Made by a program: the position numbers and the translations under genes. 64,000 nucleotides of DNA. Origin: Chrysomallon squamiferum (Eukaryota; Animalia; Mollusca). Positions 56,901 through 64,000 of the stretch are shown here, piece by piece. The stretch covers positions 18,786,001 to 18,850,000 of the forward strand of contig CM022667.1 of assembly GCA_012295275.1 (NCBI GenBank). The letters are read 5' to 3'. The first letter of the stretch is position 1, and each line of letters opens with the position of its first letter. The notes under the pieces were generated by a model. It made no database searches and was not told the DNA's origin. It saw only the letters and a list, made by a program, of their open reading frames with translations.

Positions 56901-59900
56901 ATTGCTGTTAATGGATAATCATTAGATCTCATTTAAGTGATGTGGTGCGTGTGTGTGTTTATTAACAAGGCACGGATACCTCTCGCAACCGCTCACACTC
57001 CCAAACTTTCAATCGTATGCAGTCATCACAGACAGCATTGAGTGCGTTCTGTTCTCAAGCTGCTCTTTCAACGCTGTTAATGGATAATCATTAGATCTCA
57101 TTTAAGTGATGTGGTGCGTGTGTGTGTTTATTAACAAGGCACGGATATCTTCTCGCAACCGCTCGCACTCCGAAACTTTCAATCGTATGCAGTCGTAACA
57201 CACAGCATTGAGTGCGTTCTGTTCTTAAGCAGCTCTTTCAACGCTGTTAACGAATAATCTGTAGATCTCATTTAAGTGATGTGGTGCGTGTGTGTGTTTA
57301 TTCTCAAGAGAGGAATACCTCTCGCAACCGCTCGCTGTACGAAACACTCAATCGTGTGGACACATGACAGACAGCATCGAATGCGTTCTGTACTCAAGCA
57401 GCTCTTTCATCGCTGTTAATGGATAATCATTAGATCTCATTTTAGTGATGTGGTGCGTGTGTGTGTTTATTAACAAGGCACGGATACTTCTCGCAACCGC
57501 TCGCACTCCGAAACTTTCAATCGTATGCAGTCGTAACACACAGCATTGAGTGCGTTCTGTTCTTAAGCAGCTCTTTCAACGCTGTTAACGAATAATCTGT
57601 AGATCTCATTTAAGTGATGTGGTGCGTGTGTGTGTTTATTCTCAAGAGAGGAATACCTCTCGCAACCGCTCGCTGTACCAAACACTCAATCGTGTGGACA
57701 CATGACAGACAGCATCGAATGCGTTCTGTACTCAAGCAGCTCTTTCATCGCTGTTAATGGATAATCATTAGATCTCATTTTAGTGATGTGGTGCGTGTGT
57801 GTTTATTAACAAGACACTGATACCTCTGGCAACCGCTCGAACTCCGAAATTTTCAATCGTATGCAGTCGTAACACACAGCATTGAGTGCGTTCTGTTCTT
57901 AAGCAGCTCTTTCAACGCTGTTAACGAATAATCTGTAGATCTCATTTAAGTGATGTGGTGCGTGTGTGTGTTTATTGCCAAGAGACGAATACCTCTCGCA
58001 ACCGCTCGCTGTACGAAACACTCAATCGTGTGGACACATGACAGACAGCATCGAATGCGTTCTGTACTCAAGCAGCTCTTTCAACGCTGTTAATGGATAA
58101 TCAATAGATCTCATTTTAGTGATGTGGTGCGTGTGTGTGTTTATTCTCAAGAGAGGAATACCTCTCGCAACCGCTCGCTGTACGAAACTCTCAATCGTGT
58201 GGACACATAACAGACAGCATCGAATGCGTTTTGTCCTTAAGCTGCTCTTTCAACGCTGTAAATGGATAATCATTAGATCTCATTTAAGTGATGTGGTGCG
58301 TGTGTGTGTTTATTAACAAGGCACGGATACTTCTCGCAACCGCTCGCTCTCCGAAACTTTCAATCGTATGCAGTCGTAACACACAGCATTGAGTGCGTTC
58401 TGTTCTCAAGCTGCTCTTTCAACGCTGTTAATGGATAACCATTAGATCTCATTTTAGTGATGTGGTTCGTGTGTGTGTTTATTGCCAAGAGACGAATACC
58501 TCTCGCAACCGCTCGCTGTACCAAACACTCAATCGTGTGGACACATGACAGACAGCATCGAATGCGTTCTGTACTCAAGCAGCTCTTTCATCGCTGTTAA
58601 TGGATAATCATTAGATCTCATTTTAGTGATGTGGTGCGTGTGTGTGTTTATTAACAAGACACGGATACTTCTCGCAACCGCTCGCACTCCGAAACTTTCA
58701 ATCGTATGCAGTCGTAACACACAGCATTGAGTGCGTTCTGTTCTTAAGCAGCTCTTTCAACGCTGTTAACGAATAATCTGTAGATCTCATTTAAGTGATG
58801 TGGTGCGTGTGTGTGTTTATTCTCAAGAGACGAATACCTCTCGCAACCGCTCGCTGTACGAAACACTCAATCGTGTGGACACATGACAGACAGCATCGAA
58901 TGCGTTCTGTACTCAAGCAGCTCTTTCAACGCTGTTAATGGATAATCATTAGATCTCATTTTAGTGATGTGGTGCGTGTGTGTGTTTATTCTCAAGAGAG
59001 GAATACCTCTCGCAACCGCTCGCTGTACGAAACTCTCAATCGTGTGGACACATAACAGACAGCATCGAATGCGTTTTGTCCTTAAGCTGCTCTTTCAACG
59101 CTGTTAATGGATAATCATTAGATCTCATTTTAGTGATGTGGTGCGTGTGTGTGTTTATTAACAAGGCACGGATACTTCTCGCAACCGCTCGCTCTCCGAA
59201 ACTTTCAATCGTATGCAGTCGTAACACACAGCATTGAGTGCGTTCTGTTCTCAAAGCAGCTCTTTCAACGCTTTTATCGAATAATAATCTCATTTTCTCA
59301 TTTTAGTGATGTGGTGCGTGTGTGTGTTTATTGCCAAGAGACGAATACCTCTCGCAACCGCTCGCTGTACGAAACACTCAATCGTGTGGACACATGACAG
59401 ACAGCATCGAATGCGTTCTGTACTCAAGCAGCTCTTTCAACGCTGTTAATGGATAATCATTAGATCTCATTTTAGTGATGTGGTGCGTGTGTGTGTTTAT
59501 TAACAAGACACGGATACTTCTCGCAACCGCTCGCACTCCGAAACTTTCAATCGTATGCAGTCGTAACACACAGCATTGAGTGCGTTCTGTTCTCAAGCAG
59601 CTCTTTCAACGCTGTTAACGAATAATCTGTAGATCTCATTTAAGTGATGTGGTGCGTGTGTGTGTTTATTGCCAAGAGACGAATACCTCTCGCAACCGCT
59701 CGCTGTACGAAACACTCAATCGTGTGGACACATGACAGACAGCATCGAATGCGTTCTGTACTCAAGCAGCTCTTTCATCGCTGTTAATGGATAATCATTA
59801 GATCTCATTTTAGTGATGTGGTGCGTGTGTGTGTTTTATTAACAAGACACGGATACTTCTCGCAACCGCTCGCACTCCGAAACTTTCAATCGTATGCAGT

Positions 59901-62900
59901 CGTAACACACAGCATTGAGTGCGTTCTGTTCTTAAGCAGCTCTTTCAACGCTGTTAACGAATAATCTGTAGATCTCATTTAAGTGATGTGGTGCGTGTGT
60001 GTGTTTATTGCCAAGAGACGAATACCTCTCGCAACCGCTCGCTGTACCAAACACTCAATCGTGTGGACACATGACAGACAGCATCGAATGCGTTCTGTAC
60101 TCAAGCAGCTCTTTCATCGCTGTTAATGGATAATCATTAGATCTCATTTTAGTGATGTGGTGCGTGTGTGTGTTTATTAACAAGGCACGGATACCTCTCG
60201 CAACCGCTCGCACTCCGAAACTTTCAATCGTATGCAGTCGTCACAGACAGCATTGAGTGCGTTCTGTTCTCAAGCAGCTCTTTCAACGCTGTTAATGGAT
60301 AATCATTAGATCTCATTTAAGTGATGTGGTGCGTGTGTGTGTTTATTAACAAGAGGATACCTCTCGCAACCGCTCGCTCGCTTCTTACTCCGAAACTTTC
60401 AATCGTATGCAGTCGTAACACACAGCATTGAGTGCGTTCTGTACTCAAGCAGCTCTTTCAACGCTGTTAACGAATAATCTGTAGATCTCATTTAAGTGAT
60501 GTGGTGCGTGTGTGTGTTTATTCTCAAGAGAGGAATACCTCTCGCAACCGCTCGCTGTACGAAACTCTCAATCGTGTGGACACATAACAGACAGCATCGA
60601 ATGCGTTTTGTACTCTTAAGCAGCTCTTTCAACGCTGTTAATGGATAATCATTAGATCTCATTTTAGTGATGTGGTGCGTGTGTGTGTTTATTAACAAGG
60701 CACGGATACTTCTCGCAACCGCTCGCTCTCCGAAACTTTCAATCGTATGCAGTCGTAACACACAGCATTGAGTGCGTTCTGTTCTCAAGCAGCTCTTTCA
60801 CCGCTTTTATCGAATAATCTGTAGATCTCATTTAAGTGATGTGGTTCGTGTGTGTGTTTATTGCCAAGAGACGAATACCTCTCGCAACCGCTCGCTGTAC
60901 GAAACACTCAATCGTGTGGACACATGACAGACAGCATCGAATGCGTTCTGTAGTCAAGCAGCTCTTTCATCGCTGTTAATGGATAATCATTAGATCTCAT
61001 TTTAGTGATGTGGTGCGTGTGTCTGTTTATTAACAAGACACGGATACTTCTCGCAACCGCTCGCACTCCGAAACTTTCAATCGTATGCAGTCGTCACAGA
61101 CAGCATTGAGTGTGTTCTGTTCTTAAGCAGCTCTTTCAACGCTGTTAACGAATAATCTGTAGATCTCATTTAAGTGATGTGGTGCGTGTGTGTGTTTATT
61201 CTCAAGAGAGGAATACCTCTTGCAACCGCTCTCTGTACGAAACACTCAATCGTGTGGACACATGACAGACAGCATCGAATGCGTTCTGTACTCAAGCAGC
61301 TCTTTCATCGCTGTTAATGGATAATCATTAGATCTCATTTTAGTGATGTGGTGCGTGTGTGTGTTTATTAACAAGACACGGATACTTCTCGCAACCGCTC
61401 GCACTCCGAAACTTTCAATCGTATGCAGTCGTAACACACAGCATTGAGTGCGTTCTGTTCTTAAGCAGCTCTTTCAACGCTGTTAACGAATAATCTGTAG
61501 ATCTCATTTAAGTGATGTGGTGCGTGTGTGTGTTTATTCTCAAGAGAGGAATACCTCTCGCAACCGGTCGCTGTACGAAACACTCAATCGTGTGGACACA
61601 TGACAGACAGCATCGAATGCGTTCTGTACTCAAGCAGCTCTTTCATTGCTGTTAATGGATAATCATTAGATCTCATTTAAGTGATGTGGTGCGTGTGTGT
61701 GTTTATTAACAAGGCACGGATACCTCTCGCAACCGCTCACACTCCCAAACTTTCAATCGTATACAGTCATCACAGACAGCATTGAGTGCGTTCTGTTCTC
61801 AAGCTGCTCTTTCAACGCTGTTAATGGATAATCATTAGATCTCATTTAAGTGATGTGGTGCGTGTGTGTGTTTATTAACAAGGCACGGATATCTCTCGCA
61901 ACCGCTCGCACTCCGAAACTTCCAATCGTATGCAGTCGTAACACACAGCATTGAGTGCGTTCTGTTCTTAAGCAGCTCTTTCAACGCTGTTAACGAATAA
62001 TCTGTAGATCTCATTTAAGTGATGTGGTGCGTGTGTGTGTTTATTCTCAAGAGAGGAATACCTCTCGCAACCGCTCGCTGTACGAAACACTCAATCGTGT
62101 GGACACATGACAGACAGCATCGAATGCGTTCTGTACTCAAGCAGCTCTTTCATCGCTGTTAATGGATAATCATTAGATCTCATTTTAGTCATGTGGTGCG
62201 TGTGTGTGTTTATTAACAAGGCACGGATACTTCTCGCAACCGCTCGCACTCCGAAACTTTCAATCGTATGCAGTCGTAACACACAGGATTGAGTGCGTTC
62301 TGTTCTAAAGCAGCTCTTTCAACGCTTTTATCGAATAATCTGTGGATCTCATTTAAGTGATGTGGTGCGTGTGTGTGTTTATTCTCAAGAGAGGAATACC
62401 TCTCGCAACCGCTCGCTGTACCAAACACTCAATCGTGTGGACACATGACAGACAGCATCGAATGCGTTCTGTACTCAAGCAGCTCTTTCATCCCTGTTAA
62501 TGGATAATCATTAGATCTCATTTTAGTGATGTGGTGCGTGTGTGTTTATTAACAAGACACTGATACCTCTGGCAACCGCTCGAACTCCGAAATTTTCAAT
62601 CGTATGCAGTCGTAACACACAGCATTGAGTGCGTTCTGTTCTTAAGCAGCTCTTTCAACGCTGTTAACGAATAATCTGTAGATCTCATTTAAGTGATGTG
62701 GTGCGTGTGTGTGTTTATTGCCAAGAGACGAATACCTCTCGCAACCGCTCGCTGTACGAAACACTCAATCGTGTGGACACATGACAGACAGCATCGAATG
62801 CGTTCTGTACTCAAGCAGCTCTTTCAACGCTGTTAATGGATAATCAATAGATCTCATTTTAGTGATGTGGTGCGTGTGTGTGTTTATTCTCAAGAGAGGA

Positions 62901-64000
62901 ATACCTCTCGCAACCGCTCGCTGTACGAAACTCTCAATCGTGTGGACACATAACAGACAGCATCGAATGCGTTTTTTCCTTAAGCTGCTCTTTCAACGCT
63001 GTAAATGGATAATCATTAGATCTCATTTAAGTGATGTGGTGCGTGTGTGTGTTTATTAACAAGGCACGGATACTTCTCGCAACCGCTCGCTCTCCGAAAC
63101 TTTCAATCGTATGCAGTCGTAACACACAGCATTGAGTGCGTTCTGTTCTCAAGCAGCTCTTTCAACGCTTTTAACGAATAATCTGTAGATCTCATTTAAG
63201 TGATGTGGTTCGTGTGTGTGTTTATTGCCAAGAGACGAATACCTCTCGCAACCGCTCGCTGTACCAAACACTCAATCGTGTGGACACATGACAGACAGCA
63301 TCGAATGCGTTCTGTAGTCAAGCAGCTCTTTCATCGCTGTTAATGGATAATCATTAGATCTCATTTTAGTGATGTGGTGCGTGTGTGTGTTTATTAACAA
63401 GACACGGATACTTCTCGCAACCGCTCGCACTCCGAAACTTTCAATCGTATGCAGTCGTAACAGACAGCATTGAGTGTGTTCTGTTCTTAAGCAGCTCTTT
63501 CAACGCTGTTAACGAATAATCTGTAGATCTCATTTAAGTGATGTGGTGCGTGTGTGTGTTTATTCTCAAGAGACGAATACCTCTCGCAACCGCTCGCTGT
63601 ACGAAACACTCAATCGTGTGGACACATGACAGACAGCATCGAATGCGTTCTGTACTCAAGCAGCTCTTTCATCGCTGTTAATGGATAATCATTAGATCTC
63701 ATTTTAGTGATGTGGTGAGTGTGTGTGTTTATTAACAAGACACGGATACTTCTCGCAACCGCTCGCACTCCGAAACTTTCAATCGTATGCAGTCGTAACA
63801 CACAGCATTGAGTGCGTTCTGTTCTTAAGCAGCTCTTTCAACGCTGTTAACGAATAATCTGTAGATCTCATTTAAGTGATGTGGTGCGTGTGTGTGTTTA
63901 TTCTCAAGAGACGAATACCTCTCGCAACCGCTCGCTGTACGAAACACTCAATCGTGTGGACACATGACAGACAGCATCGAATGCGTTCTGTACTCAAGCA
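50958..64000. repeat. Tandem satellite DNA: 169-bp monomer, A/B subtypes, higher-order repeat; ~77 monomers, runs off the window end
   Basis: TCAATCGT recurs at 50963, 51132 and 51301 (169-bp steps). Subtype A begins TCAATCGTGTGGACACATGAC and subtype B TCAATCGTATGCAGTCGT. AGATCT (BglII) occurs about once per monomer. Much richer in GC and CpG than the flanks. Confidence 0.98.

Noticed and set aside
51301-63801. Many repeated 63-98 aa ORFs (MLRLHTIESFGVRAVARS...) that look like a tandem gene family
   Set aside because: They are translations of the satellite monomers, mostly from non-ATG starts, with frameshifting variants and no splice or promoter context.
50958-64000. CRISPR-like array
   Set aside because: Continuous tandem monomers with no unique spacers, no cas genes, and a eukaryotic context.
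50958-64000. CENP-B box or hammerhead ribozyme within the satellite
   Set aside because: The minus-strand TTTCG motifs do not complete nTTCGnnnnAnnCGGG. CGAAAC is present but no CTGANGA core was found.

Overview
AT-rich, intron-rich animal genomic DNA, probably invertebrate; the taxon cannot be fixed from the sequence. The left 40 kb holds four genes reconstructed by hand. They are an intronless FRAT/GBP (GSK-3-binding protein) homolog (1582-2025,+), an 8-coding-exon GARRE1/KIAA0355-like gene (13789-9421,-, about 636 aa), glucose-6-phosphate isomerase GPI (19671-26151,+, 17 coding exons, 558 aa) head-to-head with it, and CNOT10 (28574-40336,+, 14 coding exons, about 687 aa). About 10 kb of decayed transposons follow (Sola2-like, Gypsy, hAT-Charlie/Buster, Tigger/pogo). 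From about 50958 to the window end runs a tandem satellite with a 169-bp monomer, two alternating subtypes and a roughly 2.36-kb (14-mer) higher-order repeat. The array starts exactly at an 82-bp inverted duplicate of a nearby transposon segment. Homology calls come from recalled motifs, not from database searches. No CRISPR array, rRNA or tRNA was seen, and nothing clearly qualifies as a new biological system.
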